NCBI GenBank assembly: GCA_013265495.1
Contig: MU058781.1
Coordinates: 8,475,009-8,539,008, forward strand
DNA: 64,000 bases
Reading direction: 5' to 3'
Origin: Vicugna vicugna
Lineage: Eukaryota
This document shows positions 49,870 to 63,248 of the stretch, in pieces. Below the pieces are notes generated by a model, which saw nothing but the letters and a program-made list of their open reading frames with translations, was not told where the DNA came from and did not search any database. Position 1 is the stretch's first letter, and each line of letters starts with the position of its first letter. Position numbers and translations under genes: made by a program.

Positions 49870-51580
49870 TTTCCTTAAGTGTTTTAATGTAATTGTAGGT
49901 TCACTTACAGTAATAAATATTATGTGGAGGTGCTGTGTGTTTTACCTAGTCTCCCCCAGGGGTAACACCTTGCAAAACTGTAATACAGTATCACAACCAG
50001 AATATCCACGTTTATCTGGGCAGCATCTAGGTCGTTTCCATCACCACAGGGATTGCGCACATTGCTGCTTATAGTCACATTCACTTTTCTCTCAACCCAT
50101 CTTCTCCTTCATCCCTGGCAACCTCTATTTTGTCCTCCATTTCTATAATTTGGTTATTTCAGTCTCAAGTATGTTATGTAAATGTAATCACACCATATAT
50201 AACTTTTTGCAATTGGCTCTGCTCACTGAGCATAGTTATTTGGAGATTCATCCAGGTTGTTGCATGTGTCAATAATTCATTCCTTTTGTTGCTGACTAAT
50301 ATTGCATGGTCTTGGATGTGCCTCAGTTTATTTAACCATTCAGTCTGTTGAAGGGCATCTGGGTTGTTTTCAGGTTTTGGCTTTTATAAAGAAAGCTGCT
50401 ATGAAACACTTGTGTTGAGGTTTTTGTGTGACTATGTCTTAATGTTTCTCTTGGATAAACTCCTAGAAGTATAGTTGCCAGGTCGCATTGTAGTTGCATA
50501 ATTAGTTTAAGAAAATGCTGTTTTCCCCAAGCAACTGTACCATTTTATATTCCTGCCAGGACTGTATGAGTGATCCAGTTTCTCTGCATCCTTGCCAGCA
50601 TTTAGTGTTGTCACTTTTTAATTTTAGTCATCCCGATAGGGATGTTGTGATATCCCATTGTGGTTTTAGTTTGTATTTGCCTGATGGCTAGTAGCTTTGA
50701 ATCTCTTTGCATGTGCTTATTTTTCCTCTGTATATCCTCTTAGGTAAAATGTCTCTTTATGTGTTTTGTCTGTTTTCTAACCAGATTCTTTTCATCTCTC
50801 TTAACTATTCTATTTTGAGTTCTAGGTACTAGACTTTTGTCAGATATGTAGTTTGCACATAATTTTTCCCACTCTGTAGCTTGACTTTTCATTCTCTCAA
50901 AAGAGTCTTTTGCACAGTAAAAGTCTTTACCTTTGCCTGGGTTTGTTAATTTTTCTTTTTTATGGAGTGTGCCTTTGGTGTCAAGTCTAAAACCAATTCA
51001 CTTAGTTCTAGATCTAGAAAATGCTCTCATGATTTTTTTCTAAAAGTTTATAGCTTTATGTTTTACATTTTGTCCATGGTTCATTTGAATCAATTTTTGT
51101 GTAAGGTGTGAGACTTAGATTGTAGTTCATTCATTTGTCTGTAAATGTCCAGCTGCTCCAGTACTAGTTGTTGAAAAGGCTGTCTTTCCTCCATTGAATG
51201 GCTTTTTGCACTTTTGGTTTTTTCTTGGTATGTGTGTGGAGTGGGATGGTTATTGTCTAAAAGTTTTCTGTCTTGCTTAGCTGCGCCTTTTCTGCTTCTT
51301 TGGCAAGAGAACAGGCTTTTGCTTTGTTGAGGGCTTGTCTGCACCTGCTGGCATTTCTGGGTTGCTGTCTTCTTCAGCTCGAAGCCTGGGATATAGGAAG
51401 CAAAATAAAATGCAGGGAACTCACCACTGTGGTGTTCCTTAGGTTCCAAGGTCCCTGGCCAATCTGCCTTCTGCCCACCTTTCAAAGTCTTCTTATGTTT
51501 GTTTTATCTACAGTGTCCAGAGTTTTAGTTGTACTCAGCAGGAGAGATAGGGGAAATATGTTTATTTATCTTCCTGGAAG
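49870..51580 (-). mobile_element. Old L1 fragments (antisense in CDKAL1 intron 2)
   Basis: L1 3' UTR and ORF2 antisense text (ttgttgaaaaggctgtctttcctccattgaat; cattgtggttttagtttgtatttgcctgatggcta). Confidence 0.75.
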
Positions 51581-52249
51581 CATGTCCACATTTTCTTTTC
51601 TTAATTATAAAAATTTTGAACATTCAGGAAAGTACAATTGGATCATAAACACCAGCATATCTATTTCCTAGATTTAAGAGTTCTAAATGTTGTCCCACAT
51701 GTCTTACTGTGTTTTTTACTGTTTTAAAATAAATTATAGACATAATGATGTTTTATCTCCAAATATTTGGTATTCATCATTAAAAAAATAAGATTTTTAA
51801 ACATAAGGGCAATACTTTATATCTAATGATTTATAGTAATATCCTAATATTACCTGATACCCAGTTCATACTCTGATTTCCCTAGTTCCCAAAATGTCTC
51901 ACCGATTTTTGGACAAAGTACTAATCAAGAACGTGAAGTCTGTTTCCTTGCTATCTTTTAGGTCTCATTTAGTCTTGAACAGCTCCTTTCCTGCTTTTTT
52001 CTCCATGACATTGACTTGTTGGAGAAATAGTTCTAGCTGAACCTTGCAATATCCCACTATCAGTAAGATTTATCTGGTGTTTCCTTGTATTTCTTTCTCT
52101 CCTATATTTTCTGTAAACTTGAAGTTACATCTAAAGGCTTTATTAGATTAAGATTTGGCAAGAATATTTCATAGGTGATGTTACATTAAACAGTTTCTAA
52201 AGGACTCATACGCTTGTATCATTTATAACTTTTTTATGTGATAGAGAAG

Positions 52250-52419
52250 ATGCCTTCTGCATCCTGTGATACACTACTGGATGACATAGAAGATATTGTG
52301 TCACAAGAAGATTCGAAGCCACAAGATCGGCATTTTGCAAGAAAGCACGTTGTTCCAAAGGTGCGAAGGCGCAACACCCAAAAATATTTACAAGAGGAAA
52401 GCAGTCCACCAAGTGATAG
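52250..52419 (+). CDS. CDKAL1: CDKAL1 first coding exon (exon starts 52245; [56 protein letters not shown])
   Basis: Acceptor AG at 52243-52244; ATG at 52250; N-terminus recognisable as the CDKAL1 tRNA methylthiotransferase; donor TAG|gtaaag. Confidence 0.95.
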
Positions 52420-53361
52420 GTAAAGCTTTTTTTTTTTTTTTTTTTTTACAATTATATTCAGTATCATACCAGGTGAGAGGCTGGCATTATTGTATATGAT
52501 ATACATAATATCTCTTCTAAAAAATCTTTGAACTCTTGAGATGAAATATGTAGATTTATTATTTTTTTAAATTGGAATAATTTTAAAATTAGCAAAGTCT
52601 AAGAAAGAAAAAGATGTTCCTAAAAGGCAGGGTCTAGGACAGTATTTGGCACAGAAATAGATCTCCCTTCCATTCCCAGGCCAGATGTCTTTGGTATTAC
52701 TGTAGTTGGTGTGTAATTGTTAAACCCAAGTTAAAAATTTTTATTGGAATTTGTGCTTCTTATGAAATAGTTATGGTTTGAGCATTTGATTTTTCTTAGC
52801 AAATTCATAAATAATTATGGATCATCTAATGGAATTGGACACAAATAAATTATTGTGCTGTTTACATTATTATGTTAGGTCTCTCATTCAGTGACATTCT
52901 AATACAACCTAGCCAGAAAGGATTATGCAGTTACACAGTTATAATACACTTATGTTGTTTATCTAGTAAATTGCTGAAAGCTGTAACACCCCTGATGATT
53001 TTGTTGGGAACAGTAAGCTTTTAAAAATCTATGAATTTAAAATTTGCTTACATTTTAATGACTGTAGTTTATTAAATCTATCCTCAACAGGTCCTTAAGG
53101 TAATGTCTATTTAATTATTAATTATTAGACCAATCCAAGTTGTAAAAGTCTTTTTTTCCTCCTCCCTAAAAATATTGCTTATTTTAGAACTTTATTTTTA
53201 TATATGGAGTACTTTTAATAATGCCATAGGGTGGCAGATTTTCATTTTGATTGTTATTTATGTTTGTAATTATAAAATAAAGACTGTAGCTAGTATGTCT
53301 TGGACAAGAATTTGCAGAGGAAAATCACTACTGTGTCTGTGAGCATATAGATCTACTTAAT

Positions 53362-54666
53362 TTTTTTTTTTTTAATTTAAGTGTAGTTGATTTACAATGT
53401 TGTGTTAGTTTCAGGTGAACAGCAAAGTGACTCAGTTATATATATATATACACATAGGGGTGTGTGTGTGTATATATGTATATATATATATGTTCTTTCT
53501 CAGATTCTTTTCCACTATAGGTTATTACAAGGTATTGAAAATAGTTCCCTGTGTTGTACAGTAGGTCCTTGATGTTTATCTCTTTCATATAAAGTAGTGT
53601 ATATATGTTAATCACAAACTCCTAGTTTATCCTTCCCCACTTTCCCTCTTGGGATATCATAAGTTTGTTTTCTGTGTATGTGAGTCTGTTTCTGTTTTGT
53701 AAATAAGTTTATTTTTATCATATTTTAGATCCCACATATAAGTGAGATCATATGGTATTTGTCTTTCTCTGACTTTATTTTACTAAACATAATATTCTGT
53801 ATGTCCCTCCATGTTGCTGCAAATGGCATTATTTCATTCTTTTTTATGGCTGAATAATATTCCATTGTGTATACATGTGTATGTATGTGTATGTGTATAT
53901 ATATCACACATACACATACATACACACCACATCCTCCTAAGCCAGCTGTCTATTGATGAACACTTGGGTTGCTTCCATGTCTTGGCTATTGTAAATAGTG
54001 CTGCTATGAACACTGGGGTATGTATCTTTGCAAATTAGAGTTTTCTTTTCCCAAATGTATCCCCAAGAGCTCAGTTAAAAACTTTTTTTAATTTTTTAAG
54101 GAACCTCCATACTATTTTCCATAGTGGCTGCACCAATTTACATTCCCACCAACAGTGTAGGAGAGTTCTCTTTTTTCCACTCCCTCTTCAGAGTTTACTA
54201 TTTGTAGACTTTCTGATCATGGTCTTTCTGACCAGTGTGAGGTGATACCTTCTTGTAGCTTTGATTTGCATTTCTCTAATAATTAGTGAGATTGAGCACC
54301 TTTTCATGTGCCTGTTGGCCGTCTGTATGTCTTTGGAGAAATGTCTATTTAGGTCATCTGCCCATTTTTTGATTGGGTTGTTTGGCTTTTTTGATATTGA
54401 GCTGTATGAGCTATTGGTATATTTTGGAAATGAATTCCTTGCTGGCTGCATGGTTTGCAAATATTTTCTCCCATTCCATGGGTTGTCTTTTTGTTTATGG
54501 CTTCTTCTGTGCAAAAGCTTATAAGTTTAATGAGGTCCCATTTGTTTATTTTTGCTTTGATTTCTTTTGCATTGGGAGACTGATCCAAGAAATGATTGCT
54601 GCAATTTATGTCAGAGAATATTTTGCCTGTGTTCTCTTCGGGGGGTTCTATGGTGTCAGGTCTTAC
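53362..54666 (-). mobile_element. Younger 5'-truncated L1 (~1.3 kb; ORF2 C-terminus, 3' UTR, poly(A))
   Basis: ORF2-like peptides ([16 protein letters not shown]..., [10 protein letters not shown]); T-tail at ~53361; degenerate TSD atagat(ct/gc)acttaattttt. Confidence 0.9.
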
Positions 54667-54806
54667 ATAGATGCACTTAATTTTTCTTTATTTGCCACTG
54701 CTGTTAGAACCATTTTCTCTGCTACTGTTATTTTTTAGCACCTTTCCAGGAGTTGAATTTAGTGGTGGTATTTTGTCACATTGAAGTTAAAATACAATTC
54801 AGAGAA

Positions 54807-54971
54807 GGGGGAGGGTAGAGCTCAGTGGTAGAGCACATACTTAGCATGCATGAGGTCCTGGGTTCAATCCCCAGTACCTCCACTAAAAACTAAATAAATG
54901 AATAAAACTACCTCCCTCCCCCTGCAAAAAAATAAATAACTAACAATAAAAAAAAATGAAAAATTAAAAAG
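54807..54971 (+). mobile_element. Vic-1-like tRNA-derived SINE with a perfect 15-bp TSD
   Basis: TSD atacaattcagagaa at 54792-54806 and 54972-54986; A and B boxes; A-rich tail. Confidence 0.92.
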
Positions 54972-55210
54972 ATACAATTCAGAGAAAAGGATTTTTTTTT
55001 AATAGAGTCTTAACTTAGAATTCTATGCTAATTTTATCTTGATTTAGATTTTTGGTGTAATGACAGATTATGTATTTAGTTACTGCTTTTAATGAATAGC
55101 TTGCAAATGGGTTGCAGTGAGTGTTTTTTACATACTATGCCCAGAAATTACCTAGTGTTTTTTAATTTTAAAAAATCCCTTAATGAGACTTTTTTTTTTT
55201 TAATTAACAG

Positions 55211-55323
55211 CACTATTCCAGGCATACAGAAAATTTGGGTACGAACATGGGGTTGTTCTCATAATAATTCGGATGGAGAATATATGGCTGGACAACTAGC
55301 TGCTTATGGATATAAAATTACAG
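55211..55323 (+). CDS. CDKAL1: CDKAL1 second coding exon ([37 protein letters not shown]; start of the MTTase N-terminal UPF0004 domain)
   Basis: Acceptor T-tract...aacAG; donor CAG|gtaatg; in frame with the previous exon; TWGC motif carries the first Fe-S-ligating cysteine. Confidence 0.96.
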
Positions 55324-55481
55324 GTAATGGCATCTGTAATGTATTTTATTGATTAAATTGTTTGGAGCTAACTTTTCCAGAGAGATGTATTTTAGCTTCA
55401 GCAGCTAGAGGATATTTTAGCATAACTTAATGATTTTAAGGCAAAAAAGAATGAAGCTGATTTATGTTGTATAGGTTACTA

Positions 55482-55702
55482 CAGATGACTCTTCAACAGC
55501 ATGGGTTTGAGCTTCACGGATCCTCTTATCCGTGGACTTTTTTCAGGACATATACTGCTATGTTTACAGTGTGTGGTTGGTTGAATCTTTGGGCTTGGAA
55601 CCCTCGGATATGGAGGACTGACTCTGGGAATTGAACATATGCAGGTTTTGGTATCCCTTTGGGTCTTGGAATGAATTCCCTGTGGATACTGAGGGATGAC
55701 TG
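55482..55702. mobile_element. MER8/MER2-like Tigger-derived MITE
   Basis: TIRs cagatgactcttc / gagggatgactg flanked by TA on both sides. Confidence 0.8.
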
Positions 55703-55739
55703 TATATAAGACATATTTTTTAAAAACTTAAAAAAAAAA

Positions 55740-57230
55740 CCCTTTATTTTGAAATTAATTTGGACGTACAGAAAAGTAGTAAAATTACAAAGTATGCGTA
55801 TGCCCTTTACTTAGCTTCCCCAATCTTAACGTCTTACATAATTATAGTACAATTAATAAACTGGGAAATTAGCATTAGTGCAATACTGTTATCTAAACTA
55901 CAGATCCTGTTTGGAATTTTGCCACATTTACCGTTTGAATCCTTTTTCTGTTCTAGGATCCAATCTAGAGTCTCACCTTAGGTTTACTTGTGATGTCTCC
56001 TTCCAATCTGTACCAGTTCCTCAATTTTTTTCTTGTCTTTTATGACCTTGACATTTCAGAAGAAAACTAATTATTTTATAGAATGTCCCTCAGCTTGGTA
56101 TTGTCTGATAATTTCTCATGATTAAAATAAGACAGTGTATGCATTTTTGCCACGAAGAGCACAAAAGTGATACTATATCCTTTTCAGTGCATTGTATCAG
56201 GGGGTTCATGATGTTAATACACTAACTCTTGTCTGCCAGATTTCTCCACAGTTACGTTACTGTTTTACTCATTATAAGTAATAAATATTCCTGTGTTTCT
56301 TCAACCTTCTGCCTACTTATTTTAGTATTCGATAGTTTTAGTGTCTGTTGGTGGATCTTATCTGTAACAGTTACTGCTGTGATATTTACTTACTGTTGAT
56401 TTTCTGTTTTCTTCCACATTTATTAACTGAAATTATTCTGTAAGAAAGAGTTGTCCTTTCTCCCACATTTTCCTTGTCTGTATCAGTGTGGACTTGTGAA
56501 TATTTATGTTACTGCACAGACTATCATTCAGTACTGTCATTATTTTGTTGCTTGTATTGTTTCAGTTTTGGCCGTAGGACCTCGTTCAGCCTGTGGCGCC
56601 TGTGTCTCTTCAACATGCTCCTATTCCTTTTTGGGCACTTTCCTATTTTCTGGCACCACAAGGTGTTCTGGTCTCACATTTTCCCTTCTGCAGCCTTGGA
56701 AGCAACCACTTTTCCAAGGAATCCTGATCCCTTTCATTAAGAGAATGGTGTTTAGAACCAGCCCAGAGATCTGGGCACTAGGTGTGCGCATTGCCACCTT
56801 ACAGTGTCAGTGCTTCTCGGTCCTCTCAGTGGACAGAGTTAGGAAATGTCTTTGTACACTAGCTGGCATGTACATGCTCTGTATGTATTTTCTCTTGTAT
56901 GTGTATTAAATGGGAACATAATTTGAATGCTTTGTGACAGGCACTGGCTCAGTGCTTTATATGTGTTAAGCTTAGTCCTTGTGATATAAGGATGTATTAG
57001 AACTCTTACTTTATAGGTGAGGATAGCGAGGTGTCTTACTGTAAATCATGTAGGCAGTGGAGTCTGTTGCTCCAAAACACTGCATTTGACTGCTAATCTG
57101 TATCTCATAGTTGCCTTTGCATGTGTAATTGACCAGTCTTGGCTTCAAGATGGACGTGAGGAGTACAGAGGCTTGGACAATTATTCCTTTCACAGCATTG
57201 TTTCCTTCAGTAACTAAATGATCATATGTC
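55740..57230 (-). mobile_element. L1MC-type 3' end fragments
   Basis: Antisense counterpart of the 35-36 kb element (tttagaaccagcccagagatctgggcactaggtgtgc). Confidence 0.6.
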
Positions 57231-57794
57231 ATTAACTTTGTGCTTTTGATGACTTATTCTCTAGATAGAAAAAAAATCACTCTTAATACTTCTGTTCTTT
57301 AGATAAAAACACTCCAAATCTGCTTTTAGAATTGCTTCTATATTCATTAGTAATTTTCAGTATAATTTAGACTAGACTTGCCTTACCACATTCTGATGGC
57401 GCAGTTTGAAAATTAAGAAAATAGCCTTTAAGATAATTGACTAGAACATTTAAAAAAAAAATCAGAGCTTGACTTTTCCTAGGTGGTATTCAATATCTAA
57501 CACATTTTAATTTGAATTTTAGTCCATTAGCAGTTTGTTTTTAGTCTTATAATAGTACTCTTTGTAAAATAACAGTCCTAATGTGTTTACACAAGGGTAT
57601 TAAGCTTTGTTATGCACACCTAATTTTGGTTTCTTATTTGGGAATAATACAAAGGGAAAATAAAGCAATTACTTGAATATGAATTTATTTTTCTTAATGT
57701 AGTATATTATTTTATGTATCTACATTATTTACATCTATTTGTATTAACTTTGTATACTGTTGATTGTACCCACTTTAGAAATTGATAATCCATT

Positions 57795-57950
57795 TTTTAA
57801 AAATCGAAGTATAGTCAGTTATAATGTGTCAATTTCTGGTGTACAGCCTAATGTCCCAGTCATGCATATATATATGTATATTTGTTTTCATATTCTTTTT
57901 CGTTAAAGGTTATTACAAGATACTGAATATAGTTAGTTCCCTGTGCTATA
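57795..57950 (-). mobile_element. Short young L1 3' end
   Basis: gaagtatagtcagtt...gtgtcaatttctggtgtacag...gtcccagtcatgcata; reverse complement of the 33.9-34.2 kb element's 3' end. Confidence 0.8.
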
Positions 57951-60900
57951 TACTGCGTTTTTAATTCTGGTATGACTTGCATGCAGCAGACTTTAGGACC
58001 ACTTTCTTTGCTTGTCTAGATGCTATAGGCCCAGAAAATAGGAACAGTGTTCCCTTCTGTAAAACATTTAGTAGGAAATCTCTGCAGGTCTTTTATTTAG
58101 GTTAGATACATGATGTGAATGATTTCTGAATACCTGTGCCAGTCGTCTCTTCTGTTACTGTGGAATAGTGGGAGTTTATAAAAATTATTATTGTTTAATA
58201 GTTTATAATGTTTCAGGAATCAAATACAGAACTAAAATATTTTTGTTTAATTTTATAATTGATAAGAACTAGGTATAAAGTATTTTATGTATAATGTACA
58301 CAGAGGTTATTGATAACAGTATACAGAGAAATTCAAAATTCTTAGTAGTAGTAGGTATTTTTACTATTTGGAGAAGAGAGAGATTATGTGGTTATATACT
58401 TGATATTGCTGCTTTTAACTATTTGAATCTAGGAATATAATTACTCCATAGTAAAACCTCATAGAGGCTTACTCAGAGCAGTAAGCTCTTGTTTGTTGCC
58501 TCCTTCAAACCCTTTTTATTTCGAGGAAAAAGGTGGTTCATAAGTTATAGAATAGTGCTTGCTTGCTTGTCATTTCAAAGAGTGAAACCTACTGTGGAGA
58601 AATGATGTCATTCCCTAAAACTCAGAACAATTAATTGTATCATGGATACCTGTTTGCATGATGCATTTAAATCAGTATCATGGAAAGCAACTGAATTGTC
58701 CTTGTAGGTATAGTGGCTTTAAAAAAAAAAGTATGATTTGAAAACAAACAACAAACAAAACAAAAACAAAAAGTATGATCTGAACATATATATTTCATGA
58801 GAGTGTTCTTTACGTAAGCAGTTTTTATGGACTAAACTCCCCCCCCCCACCATAATGCTACTTTTAGTGACTATTTTAGGATTATTTCATTTGGGATGTT
58901 GGTAAATTATTTTCAGCATCCTCATTGGTGGCAGATCTTCATATCTTGAGAGTATATTTAGTGTTAGAATGGTCACAGGTCATTTGAGGCCAAAAGTATG
59001 TGATATGATGTTGAACAATGCTGTTTTAGTTAAAAATAAGGCATTTTTTATTTGTCTTAACTGATTCTGAAAACTGTTTTAAAAGAGTTCCAAAAAATGT
59101 TTATAGTAGTGATTCTTAAACTTTTTGGATCTCTTCAGAAACTTACGACCCTTACACAATTTCGGCAAAGAACTCATAACCGTTGCCTGGCCCAAATGGT
59201 GGAGTGAAGGTATGGTCTTCCAAGGTGACTGCTTTAGGAACAGCCCTCATTTAGATACAGGTAAAGTAGAGAGATGTTAGAGATAGGTTGAAGAGATAAA
59301 AAAGATGTTGGAGAGAGAGATGTTTAGTTTGTAGTCCTCTCTACTGTGATTGAATATAGTATCACTTTTTAGTTAGTGGGAAAAAGTCCATCACAAGGCC
59401 ATTGACTTAGATTCTAGTTCATAGACACCTGAGAATAACATGTTATGTACATGAAATATCTGTGATGAGCTTACCTAAGTCAGAATAGAGCATTTAGCTT
59501 GGGTGCCCACAGTTTCAGAGAAATCATTTTGAAATTGCTGGGCTGTTGCAGTTCTTGATAGTTTCTTTGTTATAGCTGTATAGAGTTCATTCAACAAATG
59601 TTCTCTGACCATGATACATGCTACAGGGTATAATGCTAGGTGTGCAGACATGAAAATGCGCTAGACATGGATTCCAGCAGACAAGAAGATGATTGTTTTC
59701 TAGTAGAGGAAAAGCATTCATACTACATTCTAAATCTTAGAAGTTATTTTAGTAAATGATCAAGGTCTTTGAATGTATTCTTTCATTTTTTTATAATACA
59801 GGGGAAATAGGGCCTGCTTTTATCAAAAGAGCATTTCCAATTTATATTTTAGAAATGCTTGATGTTAATGTCAAGTCAGAGTATAAAGTCTTATGTTTGA
59901 ATTAAGAAAATTAATATCTCTTTGTTGTTGTGGAAACAAACATTAGTTTATTTGGTAAAGGACAGTATTATATAATTGAATGACTAAAGTGTAAGCATAT
60001 TTCCTGAACCTGGCCATTTAATTTGAAGTAGCTTTAAATTGGAAGACTGAGGTCAAGGGGGTATATTAATTAGACTGATGAATAGAAACGTTTGTGTAAG
60101 AAATAAATTCAAGAACCACACTGTGGATGGTAGACTTTTGAAGACATTAAAGTTGCGTTTTTGTGTTTGGACTTGGAGTTTTGAAAATAATACTTCTTGT
60201 TCATAATTAAAGTATGAGTGCACATAAACTTCCTTTAAAAAAACCCAACAAAACAAACTTTCCCTGCTTTATCTCTTTTAAGCACTGGTGGGCATGACAT
60301 TTCATATTAATATCTTGAGTTTACATGCATAATAAAGGAGATGAAGTGAAGAGATTAATTCTGTGGGAAGCTGAAAAAGCAAGAGCCTTCAGCTTCTTGA
60401 AAACACAACTAAATGAAAATTGAATGTATGATACATTCTTCTCTTATGTGACACATTATTTTGTGCCAGCTAGTTCAAAGTGAAATCAGGATTTTTGTAC
60501 ACATTTTCAGGGAAGAGGACTGAATTGGCTAAAAGCCTACCGTCTATTAGGCATTTCATGTAAGTTATTGCAAGGATCAAATGAAATAACCTAGGTGTGA
60601 GATTACTTCATATTCTAAGGTGAGATTGATACTGAGAAGGAAGACACATGACCTGCACAACTTCACCTAGTGAATCCGTGCAGGAGCTGACAGGGGCACT
60701 TAACTGTCTGTCACCGCAGCCTCTGCTCTTTGTCTTACGCTGTGTAGTCTCTCACAGTTGGTATTTTAAAAGCAGTCCAGTGTGGAAATTTAATAGTAAT
60801 GGCTTTTATTAGGGTAGTTCGTGCTGCCCCTCATTTTGAAATTTCTTCTTTAGTCATCTTTTATATGGGATCCTGATTAGAAGCCATTCTTTTTTGGGAG

Positions 60901-63117
60901 GGGAGGGAGCGGGGGATACAGACCGTTGGACTCCATTACACAGGAATATGCTCAGTTTGTTAATTTCAGCGCTGAGTTAGGAGTTGGAAGTAAGCTGTTT
61001 CTTTTGTAAGAGGCAGTATCAGCTGAGAGCTCCCTGGTCCATTTCCACCTCCTTAATCATAGAGTCATCTCCCAGTGGAACAAATAGAACATCTTGATTT
61101 TTGTATTCTTGAACCTCCAGTGGAGTTCAGTGAGCGAATCATTGTGTGTCTTAGTGCAGGGCTTCTAACTTGCCTTCCATCATTGCGTGTATAGTGCAGG
61201 ACTTTTAACTTGCCTTCCACGTGTACCTCTTTAATCCATCCTTCTTGCTCCTTTACCAGCCTCACAGTTATTTACAGTGTGTATATTGTCTTACAGTTTG
61301 TAAAACACATTCACGTCTATTGCTGGTTTTATGTAGCTTTGAGATGAAGGCAGAACAAAGACTTTGCTAACCTAGGCTTTTAAAAGGTTATTTAAAAATA
61401 GCCTGATATTTAGGTTTCTGACTTAAGTCATGTGTATTAGTAATTGGTATTTATGATGAGGGATTTAGTTATGTGCTGAAGAGAACATTTTCTTAATGTA
61501 ACACAGTTTCCTTGCAGAAATTTATTCTCTAGCCAAAGGTGATGCTTTTATCTGAAGATTTTGAAATCCATCTGGAATTTCAGTGAAAATAAATTCTACT
61601 CTGATCATTTGCAGAGTGCCTGTAATGCAAAGGGTGACCATCAGCATGTAGATACAGTTCAATCTTAGCATTATTCTAAAGATCAGAAGTTAAACATAGA
61701 AAGGGTTATATACACTAAAATAGGAACTATATCTGTTGATCTGTAAAATGTCCTCATGTGGGCATTTCAGGCTAGTTTTATAAGATTTTACTTTTTATAT
61801 CCTATGTCCTAGAAAACTATAATCTTAAGATAATTAAAATTATTTCTTAACTTCCTGGTAATTTACTTTCGCTTTCTCTCTCTGGTTACTGTGGGAATAT
61901 TACATAGGTTTTTCGCATGAACTAGGAAGAATATTGTTCGTAAGTCTTAATATTTTTCTAGTTTCTTCTTGCCACTATTATATCACCTAGGAAGTAGAGG
62001 ATTTTATCAAAAGCTGGCGTTATATGAGGAGCTGATGGCACAGGGGTAGTAGAGGTAGACATTTTTCCAGGGTGTGACTTCCAACAAAATAAAAGTGATG
62101 CACCAGTGTGTCATATGACAGTCGTCATTGAATCACCGAGCTGTATTCTTTTTATGAAGTCTCTCCAACACTCAGCTTTCAAGGATAGAAGTCTTAAAGA
62201 AGTTTGGTAGCTTCCCTACCTTTTATCTACCTAGAGAGAAGAAAAGAAAGCTCATGAGGTTAGGATTTGGTGACAGGAGGTAATTTGGAGATATCTAAAT
62301 ATAAAATGAGACCTCTTTGCACATTGCCTTGCAGTATGTATAATAAACAATTGGGGTTGAAACAATCTAGGACTAGACTGTTTCTTTCTGATCAGCCCGT
62401 ATGTTCTTAGTAGATGAAATTTTGGAATCCTGTATTTGGAGAGTTCTGGAATGGCTTACTTGAGTCAGGAAAAATCCTTTTGTGAGGAACTGAGTAACAG
62501 TGTGCTCCTCAACCCCATCTCCATTTTGTTGAGGAAAGTTGGTTGGGAATGGTGACTAAGTGAAAGGTTGGTTGAAGTTGTGGAATATGAGCAGCTATTT
62601 AAGGGGGTTAAAGTGTGATTTTTAAAGTGGAAATTGCAGAGAACAGACTTGACATCCTAAGTAAAACCAAAGACTGAAATGAAAGTCAGTATAAGGGAAT
62701 TAATTAGGATGTGTGTGTATATATGTAGGTATTCATGAAAGACTCCATCAGTTGGAAGGATGTGGACAAACGTAATTGAGAAACCATTTTTATAATGGTT
62801 CTTCAAAGTGCTTCAATTTGGGGGGCCATTGATACATATAATTAATTGACGTATGTTATGCATAACTTCCTGGAAAACTGTCACTGTTGCATTTGTGGCC
62901 TCAGGGATAAGAAGACTTTGTAGAAGTATAAAAACATTGTTATGTCACCTGAAAATGGAGCCAAGTAATGTACATTTCTTAAGGAAAATGTTGTAGTAAA
63001 GATATTGCATACCTTAATTGTCATTCTGCGGTGAATGTTTTCCCATTAAGTTTATATATATATATATATATAGAAGTATAGTCAGTTTACAGTGTTGTGT
63101 CAATTTCTGGAACTAGT

Positions 63118-63248
63118 TCTTTTTTCCCAGCAGTTAATTAGGTTTACTTATTTATTTATTTTTTATTTTTAGAAGCGATACTGGGGATTGAACCCAGGAC
63201 CTTGTATATGCTAAGCATGTGCTCTACCAGTTGAGCTATACCCTACCC
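63118..63248 (-). mobile_element. Vic-1-like tRNA-derived SINE next to a short L1 3' fragment and (TA)n
   Basis: taattaggtttac...ctggggattgaacccaggaccttg...ctctaccagttgagctataccc. Confidence 0.88.

Noticed and set aside
52250..55323. Functional link between the tRNA-modifying enzyme CDKAL1 and the tRNA-like SINEs in its introns
   Set aside because: The SINEs are Ala-derived rather than Lys(UUU), and are at least as common outside the gene.
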